Of a stretch of 64,000 bases of DNA, positions 15,701-32,600 are shown piece by piece. The stretch lies in NCBI RefSeq assembly GCF_009914755.1, contig NC_060935.1, one strand, 5' to 3'. A program made the translations under genes and the position numbers. Below the pieces are notes generated by a model that was not told where the DNA came from, searched no databases, and saw nothing but the letters and a program-made list of their open reading frames with translations. How positions within the stretch are numbered: position 1 is the first letter of the stretch; each line of letters begins with the position of its first letter. The stretch is from the human T2T-CHM13v2.0 reference genome, Homo sapiens.

Positions 15701-18700
15701 TAATGGAATTAAACCTTTCTCTGGATTCAGCAGTTTGCACCCACAGTTTTTCTCCATTCTGCGAATGGACATTTTGGAGCTCATTGAGGCCAGTGGTTAA
15801 AGAGTGAATATCACCAGATAAAAACTAGAAAAAAGCTATCTGAGAAACCACTTTGTGATGTGTGCAGTCATCTCACAGAATTCAATCATTTTTCGGATTC
15901 AGCAGTTTGGAAACTGTTATTGTAGAAACTATGAAAGGATATTTGGGAGCTTAATGGGGCCAAAGTTGAGAAAGTGAATACCCCAGGAAGCAAACTAGAA
16001 GGAAGCTATCTGAGAAACCGCTTTTTGATATGCACATTCATCTCTCAGAGTTACACATTTCTGTGGAATCAACAGTTTGCAAACACTGTTTTTGTGTATT
16101 CTGCAAATGGACATTTTGGAGGTCATTGAGGTTAATGTCAAAATGCAAACATCCCAGGATAAAAACTAGAAAGAAGCTATCTGAGAAACAGCTTTGTGAT
16201 GTGTGCATTCACTTCATAGAGTTAAAATTTTCCTTCCACACAACAGTCTGGAAACACTCTTCTGGCAGATTCTGTGAAGTGATATTTGGGAGCTCATTGA
16301 GGCCTAAGGTGAAAAGAAATATCTTCAGGTAAAAACATGAAAGAAGCTTTCTGAGAAACTGCTTTGTAGTGTGTGCATTCATCTCGCAGAGTTAAACCTT
16401 TCTTTTCATTCAGCAGTTTAGGAAAACTGTTTTCAAAGAATTTGAGAAGTGAAATCTGGTAGCACACTGAGGACTATGGTGAAAAAGGAAATATCTTTAG
16501 ATAAAAATTAGAAAGAAGCTTTCTGAGAAACTGCTTTGTTATGTGTCTATTCATCTCACAGAGTGAAACATTTCTTTGGATTCAGCAGTTTGAATCATTG
16601 TTTTGTAGAATCTGTGAAAGGAGGTTTGGGAACTCATTAAGGTAAATGGTGAAAAAGTGAATATCCCAGGAAAAAAAAATGAGAAGGAAACAACCTGAGA
16701 ATCCGCTGTGTGATGTGTGCATTCATCTGAGAGAGTTAAAACTTTCTTTTCATTCAGCAGTTTGGAAACATTGTTTTCATAGAATCTGTGAAAAGATATC
16801 TGGGAGTACAATGAGACCTGTGGTGAAAAAGGAAATATCTTCAGATAAACACTAGAAAGAAGCTTTCTGAGAAACTGCTTTGTGATGTATGCATTCAACT
16901 CACAGAGTTAAACATTTCTGTGGATTCACCAGTTTGTAAACACTGTTTTGTCCATTCTGTGAATGGACTTTTGGGAACTCATTGAGGCCAATGGCGAAAA
17001 AGCAAATATCCCAGGATAAAAAATAGAAGGAAGGTATCTGAGAAGCCACTTTGTGATGTGGGCATTCATCTCGCAGAGGTAAACATTTCTTTTCATGCAG
17101 CAGTCTGCAAAAACTGTTTTGGTAGCTTCTGGGAAGGGATATTTAGGAGTGCATAGAGGCATAGGATGAAAAGGGAAATATCTTCAGATAACAACTAGAA
17201 AGAAGCTTTCTGAGAAACTGCTTTGTGATACATGCATTTGCCTGACAGAATTAAACATTTTCTTGGATTCAGCAGTTTGGAAACACTGTTGTTGTAGAAT
17301 TTGCGAAGGGATATATGGGAGCTCATTGATGCCAATGGTGAAAAAGTGAATATCCCCATATACAAACTAGAAGGAAGCTATTGAGAAACTGCTTTTTAAT
17401 GTTTGGATTCATCTCACAGAGTTAAATCTTTCTTTTCATTCAGCAATCAGGAAACACAGTTTTGGCAGAATCCACAAAGGGATATCTGGGAGTGCATTGA
17501 GGTCTAGGGTGAAAAAGGAAGTATCTTCAGACACAAACTAGAAAGAAGCTTTCTGAGAAACTGCTTTGTGATGTGTTCATTCCTCTTGCAGAGTTAAAGC
17601 TTTCTTTTCATTCAGCAGTTTGGTAACCGTGTTTTTGAAATATCTGCGATGGAATATCTGGGAGTGCATTGAGGCCTATGGTGAAAAAGTAAATCTCTTC
17701 AGATAAAAAGTAGAAAGAAGGGATCTGAAAAACTGCTTTGTTATGTATGCATTCACCTCACAGAGTTAAATCTTTTTTTTCATACAGCAGTCTGGAAATA
17801 CTTTTTTGGCAGAATCTGTGAAGGGATATCTGAGAGTGCATTGACCTATGGTGAAAAAGGAAATATCTTCAGATAAAAACTGGAAATAAGCTTTCTGAGA
17901 AATTTCTTTTTGATGTATGCATTCATTTCACAGAGTTAAACAATACTTTGGATTCAGCAGTTTGGAAACACTGCTGTTGTAGAATATGTGAAGGGATAGT
18001 TGGAAATTTAATGAAGCCAAAGGCAAGAAAGTGAATATCCCAGGAAAAAAAGCAGAAGGAAGCTATCTGAGAAACTGCTTTTTGATGTGTGCATTCAGCC
18101 TGCAGAGTTAAACCTTTATTTTCATTCAGCAGTTTGGAAACACTGTTTTTGAAGTATCTGTGAAGGGATATCTGGGAGAGCCTTGTGGCCTATGGTGTAA
18201 AAGGAAATATCTTCAGATAAAAACTAGAAAGAAGCTTTCTGAAAAACTGCTTTGTGATGCGTGCATTCCTTTCAGAGAGTTCAACCTTTCTTGGGATTCA
18301 GCAGTTTGAAAACACCATTTTTGTAGGATCTGTGAAGGGATATGTGGGAGTTCAATGAAGTGAAAGGGGAAGAATGGATTATCCCAGGAAAAAACAGAAG
18401 GAAGCTATATGGAAACTGCTTTGTGATGTGTGCATTCATCTCTGAGAGTTAAAACACTGTTTCATTCAGCAGTTTGGAAATAATGTTTTCGTAGAATCTG
18501 CGAAGGGATATCTGGGAGTGCATTTAGGCTTATGGTGAAAAAGGAAATGTCTTCAGATGAAAAATATAAAGAAGGTTTCAGAGAATCTGCTTTGTGATGT
18601 GTGCATTCATCATATAGAGTTAAAACTTTCTGTAAATTCAGTCATCTGCAAACACTGTTTTTGTCCATTCTGTGATTGGAAATTTGGGAGCTTTTTGTGG

Positions 18701-21418
18701 TCAAGGGTGAAAAAGTGAATATCCCAGTATAAAAACTAGAAGGAAGATATTTTAGAACCACTTTGTGATGTGTGCATTCATCTCACAGAGTTAAACCGTA
18801 CTTTTCTTTCAGCAGTCTGGAAACACTGTTTTGGCGGCATCCACGAAGGGATATTTTTGAGCATATTGAGGCCTATGGTGAAAAAGGAAACATCTTCAGA
18901 TAAAAATTAGAAAGTAGCTCTCTGAGAAACTACTTTGTGATGTGTGCATTCTTCTCACAGAGTTAAGCCTTTCTGCACATTCAGCAGTTTGCAAAAACTT
19001 GTTCTAGAATCTGTGAAAGGATACTTGGGAGCTCACTGAGGCCAATGGCGAAAAAGTGAATTTCCCGGGACAAAAAGTAGAAAGAAGTTATTTGATAAAC
19101 AGCTTTGTGATGCATGCATTCTTCTTGTGGAGTTAAACTTTTCTTTTCATTCAGCATTTGTGAAACACCGTGTTTGTAGAAGCATAGAAGGGGTATTTGG
19201 GAGTGCATAGAGGCCTATCCTGAAACAGGAAATAGCTTCAGATAAAAACTAGAAAGAAGCTTTCTGAGAAACTGCTTTGTGATGTCTGTGTTCATCTCAC
19301 ACAGCCAAACCTTTCTTTTGATTCAGTAGTTTGGAAAGACTGTTGTTGTAGAATCTGCAAAGGGATATTTGGGAGGTCTTTGAGGGCAATGGTGAAAAAG
19401 TGAATATCCCAGGATAAAAACTAGAAGGAAGCTATCTCAGAATCCACTTTGTGCTGTTTGCATTCATCTCACAGTGTTAAACCATTCTTTTCATTCAGCA
19501 GTTTAGAAACACTGTTTCTGTAGAATCTGCAAAGGGATATCTGGGAGCGCATAAAAGCCTATGTTGAAGAAGGAAATATCTTCTGATAAAAACTTAAAAG
19601 AAGCTTTCTGAGAAACTGCTTTGTGATGTGTGCATATATTTCAGAGAGTTCAATGTTGCTGAGAATTAAGCATTTTGAAAACACTGTTATTGTCCATTCT
19701 GCAAATGGAAATTTTGGAGCTCAATCAGACCAATGACAAAAAAGGTAATATCCCAGGGTAAAAACTAGAGGGAAGCTATTTGAGAAATCGCTATGTGATG
19801 TGTGCATTCATCTCATAGTGTTAAGCCTTTCTTTTCCTTCAGGAGTGTGGAAACACTGTTTTCCTTGAACATGCAAACGTATATCTGGGAGCACCTTGAG
19901 GTCTATGGTGAGAAAGCAAATATCTTCAGATGTAAACTAGAAATAAGGTTTCTGAGAAACTGCTTTGTGATGTGTGCATTCATCTCACAGAGTTGAATCT
20001 GTCTGTCAAATCAGTAGTTTGCAAACACTCTTTTTGTCCATTCTGTGAAGGGACATTGGGAGCTCTTTGAGGTCTGTGGAGAAAAAGCGAATATCCCAGG
20101 AAAAAACTGGAAGGAAGCTATCTGAAAAACTGCTTTGTGATGTTTGCATTCACCTTGCAGAGATAAACATTTCTTTTCATTCAGCTATCTGGAAAAACTG
20201 TTTTCATAGAATCTGTGAAGGGATAACTGGGAGAGCATTGAGGCCTAAGGTGAAAGAGAAATATCTCTGGATAAATGTAGAAAGCCACTTTTGAGAAACT
20301 GCTTTGTGATGTGCACATTCATCTCACAGAGTTAAACCTTTCTTTAGATTCAGCAATTTGGAAACACTGTTGTAAAATCTAAGCAGGGGTATTTGGGAGA
20401 TAAATGAAGCCAAAGGCAAAAAACCAAAAATCTCAGGACAAAAACTACAAGGAAGCTATCTGAGAAACCACTGTGTGATGTGTGAATTTATCTCTCACAG
20501 TTATGATATTCTTTTGATTCAGCAGTTTGTAAACACTGTTTTTGTAGAATCTGTGAAGGGATATGTGAGAGATCATTGAGGTCTATGGTGAAAAAAAAAT
20601 CTTCATATAAAAACTAGAAAGAAGCTTTCTGAGAAACTGCTTTGTGATGTGTGCATTCATCTCACAGAGTTAGATGAATCACTTTCTGTGGATTCAGCAG
20701 TTTGCAAACACTGTTTTTATCCATTCTGCTACCGGAAGTTTGGGAGCTCTTTGAGGTCAACGGCAAAAAAGCAAATATCCCAGGACAGAAGCTAGAAGGA
20801 AGCTATCTCAGAAACCACTTTGTGATGTGTGCATTCATCTCACAGAATTAAACCTTTCTTTTCATTCAGCAGTTTGGAAACACTGTTTTCAAAGAATCAG
20901 CAAACGTATATCTGGGAGCACATTGAGGCTTATGTTAAAAAAGGAAATATCTTAAGATAAAAACTAGAAAGAAGCTTTCTATGAAACTGCTCTGTGAATG
21001 GACATTTGGGAGCTCATTGAGGCCAATGGCAAAAAAGCGAATATCTCAGGATAAAAATTAGAGGAAGCTATTTCAGAAACCACTTTTGGATGTCTGCATT
21101 CAACTCGCAGAGTTAAACCTTTCTTTTAATTCAGCTGTATGGAAACAGTGTTTTGGTAGAATCTGCAAAGTTATAAGTGCGCATTGAAGCCTGTGGTCAA
21201 AAAGGAAATATCATCAGATAAATACTTGAAAGAAACATTCTGAGAAACTGCTTTGTGATGTGTGCATTCATCTCACTGAGTTAAAGCTTTCTGTGGATCT
21301 GCAGTTTGCAAGCCCTGCTTTTGTCCATCGAATATCCCAGGACAAACACTAGCAAGAAGCTATCTGAGAAACTGCTCTGCGATGTGTGCATTCATCTCAC
21401 AGAGTTAAAAACTTCATT
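9787..21418 (+). repeat. Alpha satellite array, dimeric, forward orientation (inverted relative to the flanking blocks)
   Basis: Units read CTGAGAAACTGCTTTGTGATGTGTGCATTCATCTCACAGAGTTAAACC..., the reverse complement of the flanking blocks. Confidence 0.98.
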
Positions 21419-24354
<2,936 letters not shown>

Positions 24355-27300
24355 AACCTTCATTTCATTCAGCAGTCTAGAAACACTGTTTTTTCAGAAA
24401 ATGCAAAGGGATATTTGTGAGTGTATTGAGGCCTATGGTGAAAAAGAAAATATCTTCAGAAAAAAAACTGGAAAGGAGCTTTCTGAGAAACAGATTTGTG
24501 ATGTGTGCATTACTCTCACAGATGTAAACCTTTCTGGGGTTTCAGCAGTTTGCAAACACTGTTGTTGTAGAATCTGCAAAAGGATGTTTGAGAGCTCATT
24601 GAGGCCAATGGCAATAAAGATAATATCCCAGGATCAAAACTATAAGGAAGCTATTTGAGAAACTGCTTTGTGATGTGAGCATTCATTTCGGAAAGATAAA
24701 TCTTTCTATTCATTCAGCAGTTTGGAACACTGTTTTCATAGTGTCTCCAAGGGGATATCTGGAAGTGCATTGAAGACTATGGTGAAGAAAGAAATATCTT
24801 CAGATAAAAACTAGTAAGAAGCTTTCTCTGAAACTGCTTTGTGATGTGTGCATTCATCTCACAGTGTTAAACCTTTCTGTGGATGCAGCAGCTTGTAAAA
24901 ACTGGTTTTTGTCCATTCTTAAAAAGGACATTATGAGATCATTGAGGTCAATGGCAAAAAAATCGAATATCCAAAGATAAAAACTTTTAAAAACCACTTT
25001 GCATTGTGTGCATTCATCTCACAGAGTTAAATGATTCTTTCGATTCAGCAGTTTGGAAACACTGTTTTCGTAGAATGTGCGAAGTTATATCTGGGAGCTC
25101 ATTGAGGCCTATGGTTAAAAAGGAAATATATTCAGTTAAAAAGTAGAAAGAAGCTTTCTGAGAAAGTGCTTAGTAAGGTGTGCATTCTCCTCACAGATTT
25201 AAACCTGTCTGTGAACTCAGCAGTTTTAAAACACTTTTTTTTGCCCATTCTGCAAATAGACATTTTGGAGCTCTTTGAGGCCACTGGTGAAAAAGGGAAT
25301 ATCAGAGGATAAAAACTAGAAGGAAGCTCTTTGAGAAACTGCTCTGTGATGTGTGCATTAATCTCACACAGTTAAACTTTTATTTTCATTCGGCAGTTTG
25401 GAAACTCTGTTTTTGTAGAATCTGCGAAGTGATATCTGGGAGCACATTGAGGCCTATGGTGATAAATGAAATATCTTCAGAAAAAAACTAGAAAGAAGTT
25501 TTCTGAGAAACTTATTTGTGATGTGTGCATTTACCTCACAGAGTTAAACCTTTCTGTGGATTCAGGGTTTTGCAAACACTGTTTTTACCATTTTGTGAAT
25601 GGACATTTGGGAGCTCATTGAGGCCAATGGTGAAAAAGGCAATATCCCAGGATAAAAACCAGAAGGATCCTATCTGAGAAACCACTTTGTGATGTGGAGA
25701 TTCATCTTGCAGAGTTAAACCTTTCTTTTCAGTTAGCAGTTTGGAAATATTATTTTCATAGAATCATCGAGGTGGTATCTGGGAGTGCATAGAGCCCTAC
25801 GATGAAAAAGGAAACATCTTCAGATAAAAATTAGAAAGTCCCTTTCTGAGAAACTGCTTTGTCATGTGCGCATTCTTCTCTTAGAGTTAAATCTTTCCTT
25901 GGATTTTGCAGTTTGGACACTGTGTTTTTGTAGAATCTGTGAAGGGATAGTTGGGAGCTCATTGAGGCCAATGGTGAAAAAACCAATATCCCAAGATAAA
26001 AACTAGAAGGTAGCTATTTGAGAAACTCCTGTGTGATATGTGCATTTGCCTCACAGAGTTAAACCTTGCTTTTCCTTCAGCAGTTTGGAAACACTGTTTT
26101 CATGGAATCTGGGAGCACATTGAGGCCTATGGAGAAAAACGAAATATCTTCAGATAAAAACTAGAAAGAAGCTTTCTGAGAAACTGCCTTGTGATATGTG
26201 CATACATCTCACAGAGTTGAATCTTTCTGTCGATTCAGCCAATTGGAAACACTATTTTTGTCCATTCTATGAATGGACATTTGGGAGCTCATTGAGACCC
26301 ATTGTGAAAAAGTGAATATTCGACTTTAAAAACTAGAAATATCCTATCTGAGAAATTGATTTTTGACTTGTGCTTTCAACTTGCAGAGTTAAATCTTTCT
26401 TTGGATTCAGCCATTTGCAAACACTGTTTTTGCTGATGCTGCGAATGGAAGTTTTGGAGCTCATTGAGTCCAATGGTGAAAAAGTGAATATCCCAGGATA
26501 AAACTAGAAAGAAGCTACCTGAGAAACCCCTTTGTGAATGGTGCATTCATCTCACAGAATTACAACTTTCTTTTCATACAGCAGTCTGGAAAAACCATTT
26601 TGGCAGAATCCATGAAGGGATATTTGGGAGTGCAGTGAGCCCTATGGTGAAAAAGGAAATACCTTCAGATAAAAACTAGAAAGAAGCTTTCTCAGAAAGC
26701 ACTTTGTTATGTGTGCATTAAACTCTCAGAGTTACATCTTTCTTTTCATTCAGCTGTTTGGAAACACCGTTTTCATAGAATCTGCAAAGGGTTATCTGGG
26801 AACACATTGAGGCCTGTGGTGAAAAAGGAAATATCTTCAGATAAAAACTCTAAAGAAGCTTTCTGTGAAACTGCTTTGTGTTGTGTGCATTGTTCTCACA
26901 GATTTAAAACATTCTGTGGGTTCAGCAGTTTGCAAACAATGTTTTTTTCCTTTCTGCAAATGGACATTTGGGAGCTCATTCAGGCCAAAAGCAAAAATGC
27001 AAATATCCCAGGATAAAAACTAGAAAGAAGCTCTTTGAGAAACTGCTTTGTGATGTTTGCATTCATTTTGCATAGTTAAAGCTTTCTTCTAATTCAGCAG
27101 TTTGGAAACACTGTTTTCATAGAATATGCAAAGGTATATCTGGGAGCACATTGAGGCTTAGGGTGAAAAAGGAAATATCTTCAGATTAATCTGGAAAGCT
27201 TTCCGAGAAACTGATTTGGGATATATGCATTCACCTCACAGAGTTAAGCCTTTCTGTGGATTCAGCCATTTGCAAACACTGTTTTTGTACTTTCTGAGAA

Positions 27301-29699
27301 TGGATTTTGGGGAGTTCATAGAGACCAATGGCAAAAAAAGGCAATATCCAAGGATAAAAATTAGAAGGAACTATCTGAGAAACCGCTTTGTGATGTGTGC
27401 ATTCACTTCACAGAATTAAACCTTTTTTATTCATTCAACATTTTGGAAACTCTGTTTTCGTAGAATGTAGTAGGTGATATCTGGCAGCACATAGAGGTCT
27501 ATGGTGAAAAAGGAAATATCTTCAGATAAAAAACTAGAAACAAGAATTCTGAGAAACTGCTTTATGATGTGTTCATTCATCACACAGAGTTAAAACTTTC
27601 TTTGGATACAGCAGGTTAGAGATGATCCTTTGTCCATTTTGTGAATGGAAATTTAGGAACTTATAGAGGCCAATGTAAAAAAAGGGAATATCCCAGTATA
27701 AAAAGGAGATAGAAGCTATCTGAGAAACCACTTTGTGATGTGTACATTCTTCTCAAAGAGTTAACCCTTTCTTTGGATTTGGCAACTTGGAAACACTGTT
27801 TTTGTAGAATCTGTGAAGCAATATATTGGATCTCATTGAGGACAAGGCAAAAAACGGAATATCCTAGGATAAAAGCTAGAAAGAAGCATTCTGTGAATCT
27901 GCTTTGTGATGTGTGCATTCACCTCTCACAGTAAAACCTCTTTTTATTCAGCAGTTTGGAAACACTGTTTTGGTAGAATCTGCTAAGGGATAATTGGGAG
28001 CTCATTGAGGTCAAAGGCAAAAAAGGTAATATCCCAGGATTAATACTAGAAAGAACTCTTTGAGAAACCACTTTGTAATGAGTGCATTCATTTCACAGAG
28101 TTAAACATTTCTTTTCATTCAGCAGTTTGGAAAAACTGTTTTCATAGAATCTGTGCGGGGATGTTTGGAAACGCAATGGAGCCTATAATGAAAAAGGAAA
28201 TATAACTTCAGATTAAAAGTAAAAAGAACTTTTCTGAGAAACTGCTCTCTGATATGTGCTTTCATATCACAGAGTTCAACCTTTCTTTGGATTCAGCAGT
28301 TTGGAAATAGTGTTTTTGTAGAATCTGCAAAGGGACATTTGGGAGTTCGTTGAGGCCAAAGGTGAAAAAGTGAAAAGCCCAGGATAAAAACTAGAAGGAA
28401 TTATATGTGAAACCACTTTGTGATATGTGCATTTATCTCTCAGAGTTAAACCTGTCTTTTCATTCAGCAGTTTGGAAACACTATTTTGGTAGAATCTTGG
28501 ATGGGATATTTCAGAGCGCATTGAGGCCTATGGTGAAAAAGGAAATGTCTTTAGATGAAAACTAGAAAAAAGCTTTCTGAGAAACTGCTGTGCAATGTCT
28601 GCATTCATCTCACAGTATTAAAACTTGCTTTTGATTCATCAGTTTGGAGAAACTGTTTTTGTCCATTCTGTGAATGGACATTTAAGATCTGATTGAAACC
28701 AATGGCAAAAAAGTGAATATCCCAGGATACAATGTAGAAGAAAGATATCTGACAAACCGATTTGTGATGTGTGCATTCATCTCACAGAGTTAAACTTGTT
28801 TTATATTCAGCAGTTTGGAAACACTGTTTTTCGAAATCTGTGAAGGGATATATGGGAGTTCTTGGAGGCCTGTGGTGAAAAAGGAAATATCTTTAGTTGA
28901 AAACTAGAAAGAAGCTTTCTGAGAAACTGCTTTGTGATGTGAGCATTCATCTCACAGAGTTAAACCATTCTTTGGATTCAGCAGTTTGGAAACACTGTTT
29001 TTGTAGAATCTGAAAAGGGATATTTGTGAGCTAAGTGAGGCCAAGGAAAAAAAAATACTATCCCAAAATAAAAATTAGAAGGAAACTATCTCAGAAACCA
29101 CTTGTTATGTGTGCATTTGTGTCGCATACTTAAAATTTTCTTCTCATTCAGTAGTATGGAAACACACTTCTGTAGAGTCTGCGAATGGATATTTGGGAGC
29201 TCATTGGGGTCAAAAGTGAAAAAGCCAATATCCCAGGATAAAAACTAGAATAAGCTATCTGAGAATCCACTTTGTGATGTGTGCATTCATCTTACAGAGT
29301 TAAAAGTTTCTTTTCATTTAGCAGTTTGGAAACACTTTTTGGGAGAATCTGCAAAGGGATATATGGGAGCTCATTGAGGCTTATGGTGAAAAAGTAAATA
29401 TCTTCATATAAATAGTAGAAAGAAGCTTTCTGAGAAACTGCTTTCTGATGTGTGCTTTCATGTCACAGAGCTAAACATTTCTTTGGATACCGTATTTTGA
29501 AAACACCGATTTCTGTCCATTCTATGAAAGAACATTTGGCAGCTCATTGAGGCCAATGATGAAAAAGCAAATATCCCAGGATGAAAACTAGAAAGAACCT
29601 CTCACCGCATTGTGATGTGTGCATTCATCTCACAGAGTTAAACATTTCTTTGGATTCAGCAGTTCGGAAACACTGTTATTTTAGAATCTGCAAAAGGAT
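24355..29699 (+). repeat. Alpha satellite array, forward orientation (continuation after L1 element B)
   Basis: The monomer resumes in register after the TSD (CTTCATTTCATTCAGCAG) and ends at ...GAATCTGCAAAAGGAT. Confidence 0.98.
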
Positions 29700-32600
29700 G
29701 AATGGATACATAACAAAGTGGTTTCTCAGATACTTTCCTTCTACTTTTTACCCTGGGATATTTGCTGTTTAGCCTATGGCCTCAATGATCTATCAAATAT
29801 CTCGTCACAGATTCTACTGAAACAGAGTGTCCAAACTGCTGAATCCAAGGAAATGTTGAAATCTCTGAGATGAATACACACATCACAAAGTGGTTTCTCA
29901 GATAGCTTCCTTCTAGTTTTTATCCTGGGATATTCACTTTTTCTCTGATGGCCACAATGAGCTCCCAAATATGTCTTCACACATTCTACAACAACAATGT
30001 TTCCAAACTGTTGAATCCAAAGAAAGTTTTAATGCTGTGAGATGAATGCACACACCACAAAGCAGCTTCTCAGAAAGCTTGTTTCTAGTTTTCAACTGAA
30101 GATATTTCCTTTTTACTATAAACCTCAATGTGCTCTGAAAAATCCCTTGCACTTTCTACAAAAACAGTTTTTCCAACCTGCTGAATGAAAATAAAAATTT
30201 AACTCTGTGAGATGAATGCACACATCACAGAGCAGTTTTTCAGATAGCTTCCTTCTAGTTTTTATCCTGGGATATTCGCTTTTTTGCCATTGGCTTCAAT
30301 TAGCTGCAAAATGTCTATATGCAGAGTGGAGAAAAACAGAGTTTCTAAACTACTGAATCCACAGAAAGGTTTAACTGTATGAGATGAATGCACATGTCAC
30401 AAAGCCATTTCTCAGAAAGCTTCTTTCTAGTTTTTATCTGAAGATATTTCCTTTTTCACCATATGCCTCAATGCACTCCTATAATACCTTCACAGGTTCT
30501 ACAAAAACAGTGTTTCCAACTGCCGAATGAAAAGACAGGTTTAAGTATGTGAGAAGAAAGCACTCATCACAAAGCAGTTGCTCAGATTGCTTCCTTCTAG
30601 TTTTTCTCCAGGGATATTCACTATTTTGCCATTGGCCTCAACGTGCACCCAAATATCCAGTCACAGAATTGACAAAAACAGTGTTTCCATTCTCCAGAAT
30701 GAAAAGAAAGGTGCAACTCTCGGATATGAATGGACACATCACAAAGTGGATTCCCAGATAGCTTCCTTCTAGTTTTTACCCTGGGATATTGGCTTTTTCT
30801 GCTATGACCTCAATGAGCTCCCAACTATTGTTTTGCAGATTCTACAACAACAGTGTTTCCAAACTGCTGAATCCAAGGAAATGTTGAAATCTGTGAGATG
30901 AATGCACACATCACACAGCAGTTTGTCAGAAAGCTTCTTTCTAGTTTTGATCTGGAGTTATTTCCTTTTTTACCATAGGCCTCAATGTGCTCCAAAATAT
31001 ACCTTTGCAGATTCTACCAAAACAATGTTTCCAAACTGCTGAATGAAAAGAAAGATTTAACTCTGTGAGATGAATGCACACATCACAAAACAGTTTTTCA
31101 GATGGCTTCCTTCTAGTTTTTATCCTGGGATATTAGCTTTTTTGCCATTGGCCTCAATTAGCTGCCAAATATCCATTCTCAGAGTGGAGAAAAGCAGAGT
31201 TTCTACACTACTGAATCCAAAGAAAGGTTTAACTCTATGAGATGAATGCACATGTCAGAAAGCAGTTTCTCAGAAAGCTTCTTTCTAGTTTTTATCTGAA
31301 GATATTCCCTTTTTCACCATAGGCCTCAATGCACTCGTATAATTCCTTCACAGATTCTAGCAAAACAGTGTTTCCAACTGCTGAATGAAAAACAGGTTTA
31401 CCTCTGTGAGATGAATGCACACATCACAAAGTGGTTTCTCAGATAGCTCCTAGTTTTTATCCTGGGATATTTGCTTTTTCCCCAATGGCCTCAATGAGCT
31501 CCCAACTATGCCTTTGCACATTCCACAACAACTCTGTTTCCAAACTGTTGAATCCAAAGAAAGGTTTAACGCTGTGAGATGAATGCACACAACACAAGGC
31601 AGTTTCTCAAAAGCTTGTTTCTAGTTTTCAACTGAAGATATTTCCTTACTATAAGTCTCAATGTGCTCTCAAATATCCACTTGCAGTTTCTACAAAAACA
31701 GTGCTTCCAACCTGCTGAATGAAAAGAAAGGTTTAACTCTGCTAGATGAATGCACACATCACAAAGCAGTTGTTCGGATAGTTTTCTTCTAGTTTTTATC
31801 CTGAGATATTCGCTTTTTTGCCATTGGCCTCAATTAGGTGCCAAATGTCCATTCACAGAATGGAGCAAAACAGAGCTTCTAAACTACTTAATCCAAAGAA
31901 AGGTTTAACTCTATGAGATGAACGCACATGTCACGAAGTTGTTTCTCAGAAAGCTTCTTTCTAGTTTTTATCTGAAGATATTTCCTTTTTCACCATAGGC
32001 CTCAATGCACTCCTATAATACCTTCACAGATTCTACCAAAGCAGTGTCTCCAACTGCTGAATGAAAAGACAGGTTTAACTCTGTGAGATGAAAGCACTCA
32101 TCACAAAGCAGTTTCTCAGGTAGCTTCCTTCTAGTTTTTCTCCTGGAATATTTGCTGTTTCACCATTGACCTCAATGTGCTCCCAAATATCCATTCACAG
32201 AATTGACAAAAACAGTGTTTCCATTCTCCAGAATGAAAAGAAAGCGTAACTTTGGGATACAAATGGACATATCACAAAGTGGATTCCCAGATAGCTTCCT
32301 TCTAGTTTTTATCCTGGGATATTTGCTTTTTCCTCTATGGTCTCAATGAACTCCCAAATAGTCCTTTGCAGATTCTACAATTACAGTGTTTCCAAAGTGC
32401 TGAATCCAAAGAAAGGTTTAACACTGTGAGATGAATGAACACGTCAAAAAGCATTTTCTCAGAAAGCTTCTTTCTAGTTTTCAACTGAAGATATTTCCTT
32501 TTTTACCATAATCCTCAATGTGCTCCCAAATATCCCTTCGCAGTTTCTACCAAAACAGTGTTTTGAAACTGCTGAATGAAAGGAAAGTTTTAACTCAACA

